Source: a virus (Duplodnaviria; Caudoviricetes). From it: 64,000 nt of DNA. Below the pieces are notes generated by a model. The model had not been told where the DNA came from. It was given only the letters and a program-made list of their open reading frames with translations, and did no database searches. Shown here piece after piece: positions 1 to 10,449 of this stretch. The position numbers were made by a program, and so were the translations under genes. The stretch lies in the IMG/VR virus record IMGVR_UViG_3300035208_002098, positions 64,001 to 128,000 of that record; one strand, given 5' to 3'. Each line of letters starts with the position of its first letter. The stretch's first letter is position 1.

Positions 1-61
1 ATTAATTTCTTTTACTATTAGTGTATACGCATGAACACCGGCTGTATCTCTTATATGATAT

Positions 62-595
62 TTACGTTTCATTTGATTCAATATTTAAAATTTTATAAAT
101 TTCTTTAGTTACTTCTTGATATGTATTATATTTTTTAATTAATAAACCCTCAAATAAGGTATACCAAGGTGAAACATTTTCACCAGTTGGATTATCACCA
201 TTCATTTCTGGTATTACCTCAAAATATGGGCTATCGTATAGTTTAACTATATTGATGGCCTTTTCTTCCATGTTATCCTCACAAATAAAAATACCCCACA
301 TTAAATCAGCATAACAATTGGGGTATGGTTGATGGTTTGGCACAAATTTAATTGTTTTAACTAAATTTATTTCTTTAACTTTGAACATTGCGTGTTCACC
401 AGATAAATCACCAAAAGCTTTTTTACTTCTCTCACACTTTAAAACTTCATATAAAACCTTCGTATCATCAGTCAATAAATGGTCCCCATTCATTATATCA
501 AAAATATATGGGTTATCATCTATATGGCCGGTAATAAGTATACCGTCAGATGTCGTATGGATAGTGTAATTTTTTATACGGTAGGTTTGCTTCAT
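62..595 (-). CDS. hypothetical protein
   Basis: 177-aa ORF in the dominant strand, stop/start overlap with neighbour; no motif recognised. Confidence 0.6.
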   Translation of the reverse strand: MKQTYRIKNYTIHTTSDGILITGHIDDNPYIFDIMNGDHLLTDDTKVLYEVLKCERSKKAFGDLSGEHAMFKVKEINLVKTIKFVPNHQPYPNCYADLMWGIFICEDNMEEKAINIVKLYDSPYFEVIPEMNGDNPTGENVSPWYTLFEGLLIKKYNTYQEVTKEIYKILNIESNET

Positions 596-777
596 AATGA
601 ATTTATATCATCAATAATCGAATTTATTTGTTCAAAACTAATAACATCACCAGTAATTAATGTGTATTTTAAAGATATTTCAATCGTATCAAGCCCATCA
701 ATATAACTATTATAAATTAGTTTATTGATATGAGTTTCAATCATAAATGCTGGTACAATAATTTCATTTCTTTTCAT
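592..777 (-). CDS. hypothetical protein
   Basis: short ORF directly after a TTTG...TATCTTTG promoter (781-808). Confidence 0.55.
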   Translation of the reverse strand: MKRNEIIVPAFMIETHINKLIYNSYIDGLDTIEISLKYTLITGDVISFEQINSIIDDINSL

Positions 778-780
778 TTA

Positions 781-808
781 ACAAAGATAAATAAAATATC
801 TGACAAAT
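781..808 (-). promoter_or_regulatory. Bacteroidota-type sigma-A promoter (-33 TTTG / -7 TAnnTTTG), representative copy
   Basis: minus strand reads TTTGtcagatattttattTATCTTTG; similar motifs near 1920, 7017, 11508, 13612, 15293, 17796, 21299, 27077, 29780, 31112, 38254, 43229, 46987, 47921, 48175, 49162, 53819, 56695, 58000, 60209, 63404. Confidence 0.8.
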
Positions 809-812
809 GCAA

Positions 813-1199
813 CTAAATACTATCTAAATATTTACAAATAGCATTATAAATTACATCAATTTGAGATTCATTCTCACCACTTTTATAAAATAAATTTCGA
901 ACTTCATTGTCTTTATAGTACCATATCTCACATATAAACCCAAACCGAGTCATATTTAAGCTAAAACCAGATATTTCTTTACTGGAAATAAAATTTAACA
1001 CTTCCATGCACCAAATTAAGTTTTTGTGGAACTCTAATTCCCGGCAAGTTAATTGCCCGTTAAATAATTCTCTAAATGGATTTTCTTTATCATGGAATAC
1101 CCAACGATATGAATTTATCGTTTTACATGGTTCAATTACAGCACCAACAAATTTGGCTATCCTTTCATTATATTTTTTCTTATCTATTTTCATTTTCAC
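813..1199 (-). CDS. hypothetical protein
   Basis: 128-aa ORF, TAG stop. Confidence 0.6.
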   Translation of the reverse strand: MKMKIDKKKYNERIAKFVGAVIEPCKTINSYRWVFHDKENPFRELFNGQLTCRELEFHKNLIWCMEVLNFISSKEISGFSLNMTRFGFICEIWYYKDNEVRNLFYKSGENESQIDVIYNAICKYLDSI

Positions 1200-1389
1200 A
1201 TATTTTTGTTATTAAAAAATCACGGTACTTTTTATTGTTAGTACCTAAGTAATACCAAAGTTTTTGTCCGTTATCTAATAATTCACAATTAAGACGGCAC
1301 AAAACTTTAATTTTTTTCTTAAGTTTTCTAGGTATTTTAGAATTACTAGGGAAAAATGGTGATATTATTTTTGGTGCTATAAAACTCAT
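1180..1389 (-). CDS. hypothetical protein
   Basis: 69-aa ORF tiling between neighbours. Confidence 0.5.
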   Translation of the reverse strand: MSFIAPKIISPFFPSNSKIPRKLKKKIKVLCRLNCELLDNGQKLWYYLGTNNKKYRDFLITKICENENR

Positions 1390-1896
1390 TTAATTAAACA
1401 TTTTAGTTAACATAGTTTCGAATTCTTCTAATGTATTTGGTAACATATTATATGTTTGTCTAGCATTATCACGATACCTAGATTTATAGATTGGTTGGTG
1501 TAGACGTTGGTCATAATTACTTACTTCATTATTTAAATAGTAATATAATTGTTTAGCGTATCTATCAGCTATTATTTCCTCATTTATAACATATTCGAAG
1601 AATACTTCAAAATCACCTTTCGAAAGTTTAACCAATTCCTCATCTATATTATATTTACGATTACGTTTGTTATGAGCTATTTCATGTAATATAATAAAAT
1701 AAAATTGTTTAGATGTTACATTTGATGTAATTCTTGAATCAATATATATTTTATTATTAAATGCCATACCAGCAGCTCTAAACGGGAAATTTTTTACTTG
1801 GATATTATATTCACTCATAATCTTTTCCAAACCAGCCCAATTTAAATTGTTTGGTACTTCATTATAATAATTAATGATATCTTTAATTGTTCCCAT
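1390..1896 (-). CDS. zinc metallopeptidase-like protein (ImmA/IrrE-type HExxH)
   Basis: ILHEIAH motif plus downstream EEIIADRYA. Confidence 0.7.
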   Translation of the reverse strand: MGTIKDIINYYNEVPNNLNWAGLEKIMSEYNIQVKNFPFRAAGMAFNNKIYIDSRITSNVTSKQFYFIILHEIAHNKRNRKYNIDEELVKLSKGDFEVFFEYVINEEIIADRYAKQLYYYLNNEVSNYDQRLHQPIYKSRYRDNARQTYNMLPNTLEEFETMLTKMFN

Positions 1897-1997
1897 ATTA
1901 AATAATTTTAATTAGAATACAAAGATACATAATAAAAGTGAGATAACCAAACTTTTAGACAAAAAAAAATGTAATATTTTCATATCACATTTAAATT

Positions 1998-2324
1998 TTA
2001 TTCTTCAGCTCTTTTACCTAGGTTTTTCCTAATAACTGATGAAGTATCCATCATTATTTGAGCTATTTTAATTAATTCTTCTTCATTGAATTCATATTTG
2101 GTGCCTTGATATTCTTCTCGATTTAATTTCTTTCTGAACAATGACCTTTGTGATGCATCATCTTTTTTACCTTTACCCCAAAGCTTATCAATAATTTCTG
2201 AATGATTAAATATATTATCACCTAATAATCTTTGAATTCTATCATATTGTGCCTTTACTTTTGATGAACTTTGTTCTTCATCCCCAGCAGCTTCTCTTAA
2301 TAATTTTCTAGTATCTGTTTTCAT
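1998..2324 (-). CDS. hypothetical protein with KLLRE N-terminus (possible virion-internal protein)
   Basis: MKTDTRKLLRE start; ATATTTATA motif upstream. Confidence 0.55.
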   Translation of the reverse strand: MKTDTRKLLREAAGDEEQSSSKVKAQYDRIQRLLGDNIFNHSEIIDKLWGKGKKDDASQRSLFRKKLNREEYQGTKYEFNEEELIKIAQIMMDTSSVIRKNLGKRAEE

Positions 2325-2366
2325 AGTATTCGTTTTACTATAAATATTACGTTTTTATTTAAAATA

Positions 2367-2753
2367 CTAGAAATTATACTTGGTTTCATCAGTTTCTTTA
2401 GAATATAATGGCAAGCTTAGGTAGTCCCAATATTTAACCACAGATTGGCTCATATTATTATATATAATCTTTTCTCGTTGCCACTCCATTAATATCATAT
2501 GAATCATATGATTATTTAATCCGTACACGGTAGATATCAACATATGTATATCTTCAGCTTTAACATATTTTTCATTAGTTAAAGTAAGATTATTATCTTT
2601 ATTAGGAAAGGTATAGAACCTACCATCCTTTATAACTGTACAAACATGTCTATCTAACAATTTACACACATTATAATATAGTTTCGGTTCTATACCTAAA
2701 CAATTAAGTTCAGCTAAACGTTTATCAATTAATATTTTAGTCTTAGCGTCCAA
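2367..2753 (-). CDS. hypothetical protein, YLxxH...FG...W family
   Basis: KLLDRH...STVYG...MEW resembles ORFs at 3666, 3905 and 62059-63399. Confidence 0.5.
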   Translation of the reverse strand: MDAKTKILIDKRLAELNCLGIEPKLYYNVCKLLDRHVCTVIKDGRFYTFPNKDNNLTLTNEKYVKAEDIHMLISTVYGLNNHMIHMILMEWQREKIIYNNMSQSVVKYWDYLSLPLYSKETDETKYNF

Positions 2754-3618
2754 TTGTTAATATATCGTTAAAATCCATAGTACTTTTACCCATGATTTTT
2801 TTCAATTTCACAAGAGATTTATCACGAATTAGTCTAACACCTTCACGGCTAATATCAAGCATTTCACCGATTTCTTGTAGGGTCATTGCTTTATTCTCAC
2901 TAAAACCGTATGATAGTTCAATAATTCGTCTTGCTCTATCATCAAGTTTAGCTAATAATTCAGTTATAATAAATTCTTTATCATCAATTAATAAAATACT
3001 ATCTGATAAAAAATTATCTTTAGATGGTATCACATCTAATAGTGAACAACCATCTTCATCAATTGGTTTATCCAATGAATTTATCGAATTTAATTCAAGT
3101 TGAATTAATTCATTAACATCACCTATTTCAATATCCATGAATTCGGCTATCTCCATATTAGTTGGCTGACGATTATATTGTTGTTCTAAACTATTAATAA
3201 CACCCTTAACTTTATTAAGTTGTGCTATTTTATTACCCGGAAGTCTAATAGTTCTAGAGTTTTGATTTTTATATTCATTAATTTTTTGACGAATCCACCA
3301 TACGGCATATGAAATTAATTTAAGGCCTCTAGTAGGTTCATATTTACCAATGGCAATTATTAAACCAATATTACCTTCATTAACTAAATCTTCTATAGTT
3401 GAAGATTTATCAACTGATTGTTTTGCAACTGATACAACAAAACGTAAATTAGATTCAACTAAGATTCTGAACGCATCCTTATCACCGTTTTTAGCCTTTA
3501 TAGCATATTCAAACTCTTCATTCTCATTAAGCAACGGGATTCTACTTATTTCAACTAGATACTGTTTGAATGTCATTGACCCCGAAGTCAATCTTTGTTC
3601 TTTGAAAAATGGTTTCAT
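2743..3618 (-). CDS. RNA polymerase sigma-70 factor (RpoD/SigA family, regions 1.2-4)
   Basis: NLRFVVSVAKQ, DLVNEGNIGL, SYAVWWIRQ, TLQEIGEMLDISREGVR HTH. Confidence 0.93.
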   Translation of the reverse strand: MKPFFKEQRLTSGSMTFKQYLVEISRIPLLNENEEFEYAIKAKNGDKDAFRILVESNLRFVVSVAKQSVDKSSTIEDLVNEGNIGLIIAIGKYEPTRGLKLISYAVWWIRQKINEYKNQNSRTIRLPGNKIAQLNKVKGVINSLEQQYNRQPTNMEIAEFMDIEIGDVNELIQLELNSINSLDKPIDEDGCSLLDVIPSKDNFLSDSILLIDDKEFIITELLAKLDDRARRIIELSYGFSENKAMTLQEIGEMLDISREGVRLIRDKSLVKLKKIMGKSTMDFNDILTIGR

Positions 3619-3665
3619 ATATTAATTTTAAAAGTTACACAATTATTTTGCGAAAGTAGTCTATT

Positions 3666-3902
3666 TTATTTAGTTATCCAAATTAATTCATAGGTTTTTT
3701 TAAGTTTTTTATTTTCGTTATACCACATATTTACAATCTCATTTATTTTATTATAATCAATACCAAAATATGTTGAAATTTCTCTAATTATATAAGGTAA
3801 ATAAACTACTGAAAGGTTATCAATAGAAATTATATTATAAACATCATTTTTAAATTCAAATGTGTAATGTTTATCTAAATATTTATATATTAAATCTTTC
3901 AT
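3666..3902 (-). CDS. hypothetical protein, YLxxH...FG...W family
   Basis: KYLDKHY...TYFG...NMWY. Confidence 0.55.
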   Translation of the reverse strand: MKDLIYKYLDKHYTFEFKNDVYNIISIDNLSVVYLPYIIREISTYFGIDYNKINEIVNMWYNENKKLKKTYELIWITK

Positions 3903-3904
3903 TA

Positions 3905-4315
3905 TTAATAAAAATCGTAATTTGTTTTTAAATATTCCTCTTGTTTACCTTCAAACCAATTATTAACGATTTTTTTACCCTCATCATAATTAGCTATCAC
4001 ACCAATTAATTTTTCTAAGGTAATCTTATCACCATATTTATCTATTACTACCCAATCAAACCTAGTCATTTCAACACGGCATTTATTTAAATACGATATT
4101 AAATCAAGTACAATTAACTGTTTATTACACGTGTACCAATATTCACATAGTAATCGTATTTTACTTATACCTACACCAAAAATATTTTTAATATGTTCTA
4201 TGAATTCTTCTAAAGTGAAACATATTCTTTCATCTAATTTATCAGATATCCGTATCCCATTTTTAATGGATAAGTAATAATGCTTATTTAAGTATTTGTT
4301 AATAATTTTTTTCAA
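3905..4315 (-). CDS. hypothetical protein, YLxxH...FG...W family
   Basis: KYLNKHY...NIFG...EYWY; TTG start. Confidence 0.55.
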   Translation of the reverse strand: MKKIINKYLNKHYYLSIKNGIRISDKLDERICFTLEEFIEHIKNIFGVGISKIRLLCEYWYTCNKQLIVLDLISYLNKCRVEMTRFDWVVIDKYGDKITLEKLIGVIANYDEGKKIVNNWFEGKQEEYLKTNYDFY

Positions 4316-4361
4316 AGTAATATTAAATTATCTACAAAGATATTAAATTAATTTTACTATT

Positions 4362-4721
4362 TCAAGTTAAAATTATAAATAATATACTTGTAATAACAAC
4401 ACCAATAAGTAAGTCCCTAATAGATATTCGTTTATATTTAGTTTCTTCAATTGAATTTAATATACAAGCTCCGAAAATCCTTTTACTGGCAGACCCAATG
4501 AACTCTTTAGTTATTGGACCATGTGCCGAGATACATTGACGTAAACCATTATTTATTCTCTCAACCTCAAATCTTCTAACTCTTTTAAGTTTTTCTAATG
4601 TTTTGGTATCAAGTTTTTCTTGTGATTTAAATATTTCAACTAAATTTTCAACATTTGGTTTAGGTTTATTTAATTCTTCAGTTATTTTTCTAACTAATTT
4701 TTCTTCTTTTGATTTTTTCAT
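4362..4721 (-). CDS. hypothetical protein with C-terminal TM helix
   Basis: hydrophobic C-terminus; ATATTTATT upstream. Confidence 0.55.
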   Translation of the reverse strand: MKKSKEEKLVRKITEELNKPKPNVENLVEIFKSQEKLDTKTLEKLKRVRRFEVERINNGLRQCISAHGPITKEFIGSASKRIFGACILNSIEETKYKRISIRDLLIGVVITSILFIILT

Positions 4722-4780
4722 AAAACTATTTACTAATAAATATTTGAGTATTTCTTTTATTATACCCGAATATCATTATA

Positions 4781-5242
4781 CTAGAAATACTTTGGGTTTG
4801 GTCTCCACTTAACTATATTATCGTTAGATAATACTATATCAGTACCATAAATGGTATAAATATTATTATCACCATCTGATGCTCTCCAAGCGTCAACTTT
4901 TTTACCATCTTTTAATTTAATTGATACAACCGAATAATAATCAGGTAATTCTTTTTCAATGTTAACCCAAGACATAGGAATTATTTTAACGATATCCTCA
5001 TCACTATCCATTCTATTATGCCTAAATACATGACCATCATTTGTTCGTGTACCACGACCTTTACGTTTATTTAGATATGCTACTTCATGGTCATAATATA
5101 ATATATTAGAATCTAATGGTTTAACGTACTTTAACTTAACACCTTGTTTTGATATTAATATATCACCCTTTTTACATGTATTTAAATCGACTTCTTTAAT
5201 TTCAAAATAAATATTAGTTGTTGTCATACCAGTTGAGCTCAT
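4781..5242 (-). CDS. hypothetical protein (C-terminal DUF551-like segment)
   Basis: WVNIEKELP...IVKWRP pattern. Confidence 0.5.
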   Translation of the reverse strand: MSSTGMTTTNIYFEIKEVDLNTCKKGDILISKQGVKLKYVKPLDSNILYYDHEVAYLNKRKGRGTRTNDGHVFRHNRMDSDEDIVKIIPMSWVNIEKELPDYYSVVSIKLKDGKKVDAWRASDGDNNIYTIYGTDIVLSNDNIVKWRPNPKYF

Positions 5243-5247
5243 ATAAT

Positions 5248-5721
5248 TTAAATTAATGGATTTCTAAAATTATTTTTGTTTATTATTTCTTCAATTGCAT
5301 CCAAGCAAGCCACTTGACTATGATGTAATACACTTCTAGCACTTACCAAATCAATCCAACGAAACCCATCCATTTCCGGGAACCCACCACAATGTGGTAA
5401 TACATTACTATTACATTTAAGTTCAAAACTTGTAAAGTCAATATGGTTTTCACATTCAAATACAACATACGGTGTTAAACGTTTTGCTTTATTTTTAAAA
5501 GTTTGCTTTGTTAACTTATAAAAATTAATTGGTTCATATCGTAAATCTACGTTAACTTCTTCCCAAGTTTCTCTTATGGCACCAGTTAAACTATCTTCAT
5601 CAGAATCAACTTTACCTTTTGGTATAGACCAAAAATTTTTATGATGTCGTGTTGGATGTGCAACTAATAATTCATTTTGATTATTAATCAAAAAAATACC
5701 ACTTGTTTTAATTATTCCCAT
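5248..5721 (-). CDS. NUDIX hydrolase
   Basis: Nudix box GKVDSDEDSLTGAIRETWEEVN. Confidence 0.88.
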   Translation of the reverse strand: MGIIKTSGIFLINNQNELLVAHPTRHHKNFWSIPKGKVDSDEDSLTGAIRETWEEVNVDLRYEPINFYKLTKQTFKNKAKRLTPYVVFECENHIDFTSFELKCNSNVLPHCGGFPEMDGFRWIDLVSARSVLHHSQVACLDAIEEIINKNNFRNPLI

Positions 5722-6118
5722 ATTCGTTTTCTTCTAATATTTCTAGAACTTCATTAGGTTCTAATAATTTATATTTTATTTTTATGTTTTCTTTACCAGT
5801 ACCACCCAAACTATTATACGCTGAGTCTGATAGCATGAAATGATATTTTGGTGTATCCATATGTTTTCCTGTTGAATCGACCTTATATGGGCCCCTATCG
5901 TTTATTTTAACTATTACACACGAATCATTATTGGGGTTAATTATTTTAACATACGTGTTAAACTCCATATATGGTGAAGCTGCAGTTAATTGATATCCAT
6001 TATATGTTTCACCACTACATGTTACTTTATCTTCAAAATTAGAATTATAACATGATGCTTTAGGTGCTATTGAATGTGAATTCAATATTATATGTACTAA
6101 TGCTATTAATTTAAACAT
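5708..6118 (-). CDS. RlpA-like double-psi beta-barrel lytic transglycosylase
   Basis: TAASPYMEFNTYVKIIN...VKINDRGPY. Confidence 0.8.
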   Translation of the reverse strand: MFKLIALVHIILNSHSIAPKASCYNSNFEDKVTCSGETYNGYQLTAASPYMEFNTYVKIINPNNDSCVIVKINDRGPYKVDSTGKHMDTPKYHFMLSDSAYNSLGGTGKENIKIKYKLLEPNEVLEILEENEYGNN

Positions 6119-6122
6119 AATT

Positions 6123-6785
6123 TTAAGATTTATAAGTTAATTCAACACCACATTCAGAAAGTAATTCATAGGATAATTTAAAACTATCACCCCATCTTTT
6201 ATCTTCAAAATCTGGTTTAGTACAAACAACTCGCTTTATACCAGACTGTATAATTGCTCTAGCACAATCTACACATGGAAACCATTTAAGATACATAGTA
6301 CAGCCTTTTACATGAGAACCATTTCTCGCAGCTGTATAAATACTATTTCTCTCAGCATGTTCAAAATATGCGTATTTTTGAGGTCTTTCATGGCGTGAAT
6401 CAATATTATCATTAAAACCAACCGGCATACCATTATACCCCAATGAAACTACTCGTTTATCTTCATCAACAATAACAGCACCTACTTTAGTGCTACGGTC
6501 TTTAGACCAATTACCAATATATTCAGCCAAATCGATAAATCTTTGGTCCCAATCTGTTTTGGTGGTTGTTTCAATTTCATTAAATTCTTCGAAATGAACT
6601 GTATTAAATTCATATCCGGGTAATTCTTCTAATTCAACCGTTGATGACCAGTTATGTACATTAATTTTTTTAACGATGTATGTAACACCAACTATTAAAT
6701 GCGTATCAGCATATTTTTTATCGTAATCAGTACCATTTTTACCGGTATAAATTATTTTAGTACCTTTTTCTGCGTATATATTCAT
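6123..6785 (-). CDS. dCMP deaminase with N-terminal extension
   Basis: SKDRSTKVGA, GYNG, HAERN, PCVDC. Confidence 0.92.
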   Translation of the reverse strand: MNIYAEKGTKIIYTGKNGTDYDKKYADTHLIVGVTYIVKKINVHNWSSTVELEELPGYEFNTVHFEEFNEIETTTKTDWDQRFIDLAEYIGNWSKDRSTKVGAVIVDEDKRVVSLGYNGMPVGFNDNIDSRHERPQKYAYFEHAERNSIYTAARNGSHVKGCTMYLKWFPCVDCARAIIQSGIKRVVCTKPDFEDKRWGDSFKLSYELLSECGVELTYKS

Positions 6786-6789
6786 ATTA

Positions 6790-6999
6790 TTATTGTTTTA
6801 TATAATTTCCGTTTTTATCAAAAAATGTTGGGTATTGTTTTTTGAAAGCATCGTTTGCTTCCTCTTCCGTTTTAAAACATAACCAATTCATCATATCACA
6901 ATTACAACAACCATTTGGTGATTCTTCATTTGGGAATGGTGTGTCACAAGCTACACATGGTACTACTAAACAAAAGTTAGATGATTTAAATTTACCCAT
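6790..6999 (-). CDS. small Cys-rich hypothetical protein
   Basis: CxxC pairs; promoter immediately upstream. Confidence 0.5.
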   Translation of the reverse strand: MGKFKSSNFCLVVPCVACDTPFPNEESPNGCCNCDMMNWLCFKTEEEANDAFKKQYPTFFDKNGNYIKQ

Positions 7000-7103
7000 A
7001 ATTATTTATTTTTTACAAAGATACAACAAATATTTAACATATGCAAAAAAAAAGCACCCTATTTTTAGAGTGCTTAGAAAAAAAACAATAAAATGAACAA
7101 ATA

Positions 7104-8804
7104 TTAAACTAAAGTTAATCTACCTTCTAATATAATACCGTTATCTTTAGGAACGATTTCAAAATCTACTGCAGCTTTGGTGTTACCAAAATTAGTATGA
7201 ATCCATTTAGAACTACCATATAACGAACTTACTTTTTTATAACGGAATCGTTTAGCATATCCTATACATGTTTGGTGTAAATCACCTGAAATAACATGTG
7301 TGTATTCAGAATTTATATTATTGTTGTGTAAATACTCATTAATATATACTTCAGTTTTATCATTTAAAGTTAATGGAAATCCATATGCTTTATCTTCTTT
7401 ATCTTTACCATGTGTTAAAATGAATGTATGAACACCATATTTAAAATATTCTATAAATTTATTGAATACTCTAGCATTCATTCCCGGATATCTCTGGTTT
7501 AAATATGTTTCAATTGTTTTATTTGCGGCCCAACCAAAATCACCATCATGATTTGAATCACCAACACAAATATAATCTATCGAGTTAGCAACATCTATAT
7601 TATGTAATGTTTCAAAAAAACTAAGCATACCTTTAACAAATATTTCGAATTGTTCTTTATTTGTCATATTTTGAGGTAATTTATGACCACCACGAGTTGT
7701 TTGTGCATTATAACCATCTAAAGAATCACCTAGATTACAAATGATTACTTTATCAAATCTACCAAATATTTCGTATTGTCTAGTTATTTCATCACAAGTT
7801 GCTCTAAGGCGTTTATTAAATTCTTCAGAATTATATGTGTTTTCATAAATTGACTCATCTAATGTTTGTGCACCAACATGCATATCAGATAAATAAACTA
7901 TTAGAGCATTATCAGATTTAGTTTCCTTTTTAGTAATTTCAAAAGGGATGATATCATTAAGAATTAATTGATTACCCATGGTTTCCCACCCATGAATTAA
8001 TTTTTTAAGTCTAAGGATTTCTTTTTGAGCATCAGAAAGATTTTTTGCCGTAACTTTTCCACTTTCTTGGTCAAGTTTTTTTAATACGTCATGCTCTTTA
8101 TTAGTATAAATTATTTTTGCTATTTCATCAGTAGAACTTTCTTCAATTGTATGCGGTGCTACTGGGTGTGATGTTTTTGTTATATTGAACGCTCTTAATA
8201 TACGAATGAAATCATCATAATCTATCGTTGGGAACATCCTAGAAACTGCTCGTCTTGTTAATCCAGCACCATAAAGATTAGAATATGAACGATAAATTGT
8301 TTCCATTTCTTCTCTAGATAATGAACCAATTAAGTCTGGTTTATTTCTAATTTTTATTCGGTATGAATATTCACTAATTTTATTCATAACAGTTTTACCA
8401 TCACTTAAAGTAAATTCTTCACCATTACGAACCATTTCACCTTTAAATAAATCATCATATGAATCATCAGTATATGCATCGTAATCAACTAAGAAACTGC
8501 TTTTATCTAAACGGTTTTCTTTTATTAATTCAGGTTTATCAAGTGATTTATGTTCATTACTTAAAGTTTGTTTTAAGCTTAAATATTTATCATAAATTGT
8601 TAAAAACGTTTGTATTAAAATTATATCATCCTGATTATCTGATGATGGTACTTCAGATTCCTTATATTCCCAAACCATATTAGCTATGAAATTTCTAACT
8701 CTACCTTTCTGAACACATAATTTATTAAGTGATGTTTTAGTATCAATGGCTTCATTGATTAAGCTTATTGCAGCCTCAATTAATTTTTTCTTGGTTTCTG
8801 TCAT
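7104..8804 (-). CDS. calcineurin-like metallophosphoesterase with long N-terminal domain
   Basis: SDMHVG, GDSLDG, SNHD, THG, GDLH motifs. Confidence 0.8.
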   Translation of the reverse strand: MTETKKKLIEAAISLINEAIDTKTSLNKLCVQKGRVRNFIANMVWEYKESEVPSSDNQDDIILIQTFLTIYDKYLSLKQTLSNEHKSLDKPELIKENRLDKSSFLVDYDAYTDDSYDDLFKGEMVRNGEEFTLSDGKTVMNKISEYSYRIKIRNKPDLIGSLSREEMETIYRSYSNLYGAGLTRRAVSRMFPTIDYDDFIRILRAFNITKTSHPVAPHTIEESSTDEIAKIIYTNKEHDVLKKLDQESGKVTAKNLSDAQKEILRLKKLIHGWETMGNQLILNDIIPFEITKKETKSDNALIVYLSDMHVGAQTLDESIYENTYNSEEFNKRLRATCDEITRQYEIFGRFDKVIICNLGDSLDGYNAQTTRGGHKLPQNMTNKEQFEIFVKGMLSFFETLHNIDVANSIDYICVGDSNHDGDFGWAANKTIETYLNQRYPGMNARVFNKFIEYFKYGVHTFILTHGKDKEDKAYGFPLTLNDKTEVYINEYLHNNNINSEYTHVISGDLHQTCIGYAKRFRYKKVSSLYGSSKWIHTNFGNTKAAVDFEIVPKDNGIILEGRLTLV

Positions 8805-8929
8805 ACGATTTTAATTTATTTAATTTTTTATTTCTTCAAAAGTATACAAATAAAATGCAGATGTCAAGTATTTTAATAAAAATTTCATAATATGTGAGAT
8901 ATTTATAGAAAACTAATATAAAGTATAGA

Positions 8930-9631
8930 ATGAAGTCATTTATAAAATCTAAATTAAGAGTATTATTAGAATCAGATATTAAAACTGTTTCTAACCCAAT
9001 GTCGGGCAATGAAAAACATAGTGCAACTTATAATGATTTAAGGGTGATTACAGCTAAAGTATCGTCTGTACAAAAACAATTTGGTAGTGATAAATATTTC
9101 CAAGATGCCAGAGAAGGTGATGGCGTTTATTTAATCATTATTAGTAAAAATGGTCGAGTAACTGTTAAAACACCTAACAGACAAATAAGTGACCGTGAAA
9201 TTGGTGGTGTTACAACAACTAGAGTATTTGATAATATTGAAGTTCCTATTAAAGCTTATTCTGGTAATGATGAACTATTACAAAAAGGTAGAGGTCAAGT
9301 AACCGGACAACCTAAAACTGAGAGTGGTGCGTCAGATGCACGAATTAAAGCTTATGTAATTTTTGGTGATATGATTATAGATAGAGTTAAACAAAATGTA
9401 GAAGGTGCTTACGATAAGTATACCGGTGATGATAATACATTTCAAGGTAATAATGAAAAACAAATCAATCGTAAAGAATTTATTAATCAACGTGAAAAAG
9501 AAAGGGAATTTAGACAAAAAACTAAAGCACCACTTAGTTTACCTGATGATGAAGAAAATGCAATACTACAACGTCAGGCTCAACTACAAGCAAAATATGA
9601 AAAAATGAAGGCACAAAAAAGGGGTTATTAG
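8930..9631 (+). CDS. hypothetical protein with KLRVLLE N-terminus (possible virion-internal protein)
   Basis: 233-aa plus-strand ORF, GATATTTATA upstream, convergent terminator. Confidence 0.65.
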   Translation: MKSFIKSKLRVLLESDIKTVSNPMSGNEKHSATYNDLRVITAKVSSVQKQFGSDKYFQDAREGDGVYLIIISKNGRVTVKTPNRQISDREIGGVTTTRVFDNIEVPIKAYSGNDELLQKGRGQVTGQPKTESGASDARIKAYVIFGDMIIDRVKQNVEGAYDKYTGDDNTFQGNNEKQINRKEFINQREKEREFRQKTKAPLSLPDDEENAILQRQAQLQAKYEKMKAQKRGY

Positions 9632-9642
9632 ACCCCTTTTTT
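9615..9642. terminator. bidirectional intrinsic terminator
   Basis: AAAAAAGGGGT-tattag-ACCCCTTTTTT between convergent genes. Confidence 0.75.
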
Positions 9643-10448
9643 TATACTATTGTTGAATTACAATCATTAAAAACTACATCAACCTTATTTTTAATCTTAT
9701 TAAAAATTGGTAAACTAATTACCGATATAATATTCCGTTCAATCGTTAAGTTAGGATTTTTACGAGCAGCATGTTTTTCTGGTAATGAATCTAATTCTTC
9801 TTTAGTAAATTCCTTAGATGTTTTAACACGTTTTACATATGTACCACGTTTAAATTTAACGGGTAAATCATTCCAATTAACATTTTTTTCAAGCATCATT
9901 TTATCTTGAAGTTCATTACCATTTAATTTTTGAAGTGAATTATGTGAAAATAAACTTTGTGCAAGCATAGAAATACTGTTCTTAGTTGCATCATTTTCAC
10001 GCCATAATAATTGTGCTGCAGCATCACTTAAAGTTGGTACCTGATAAATACGACAATCAAAATTAGCTAATTTATCGTATTCTGGTAAATATATTTTTCT
10101 ATTCTCATTAAAAAATGTAACACATTTACCTGTCAATTTAGATAAAATTTTTTGTTTTTTACCGTCTTGATAAATAGAACTTTCTTTATCACCAGAATAT
10201 AAAATAAGTGTTATTTCATCACTTTGTGTATACCCCATAACTGCATTAGTTTCCTTAACTAACATTTTGGTGGTTTCAACCATTAAATCCGTTAATCGTT
10301 CATCAAATGGTTTAACCAATCCTTTGGTCCAAGTTGAAAAATTGTTACCATCTAATCGGATGATAACAGGCAACGTTGGTATCATAACATCCGGTGAGAA
10401 ATTCTTTTCTAACCATTTACTCCATTCGGCCAATGTCTTAAAATTCAT
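9642..10448 (-). CDS. thg1: tRNA(His) guanylyltransferase / Thg1-like 3'-5' polymerase
   Basis: RLDGNNFS, YTQSDEI, FDCR, WRENDATKNS. Confidence 0.92.
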   Translation of the reverse strand: MNFKTLAEWSKWLEKNFSPDVMIPTLPVIIRLDGNNFSTWTKGLVKPFDERLTDLMVETTKMLVKETNAVMGYTQSDEITLILYSGDKESSIYQDGKKQKILSKLTGKCVTFFNENRKIYLPEYDKLANFDCRIYQVPTLSDAAAQLLWRENDATKNSISMLAQSLFSHNSLQKLNGNELQDKMMLEKNVNWNDLPVKFKRGTYVKRVKTSKEFTKEELDSLPEKHAARKNPNLTIERNIISVISLPIFNKIKNKVDVVFNDCNSTIV

Positions 10449-10449
10449 T

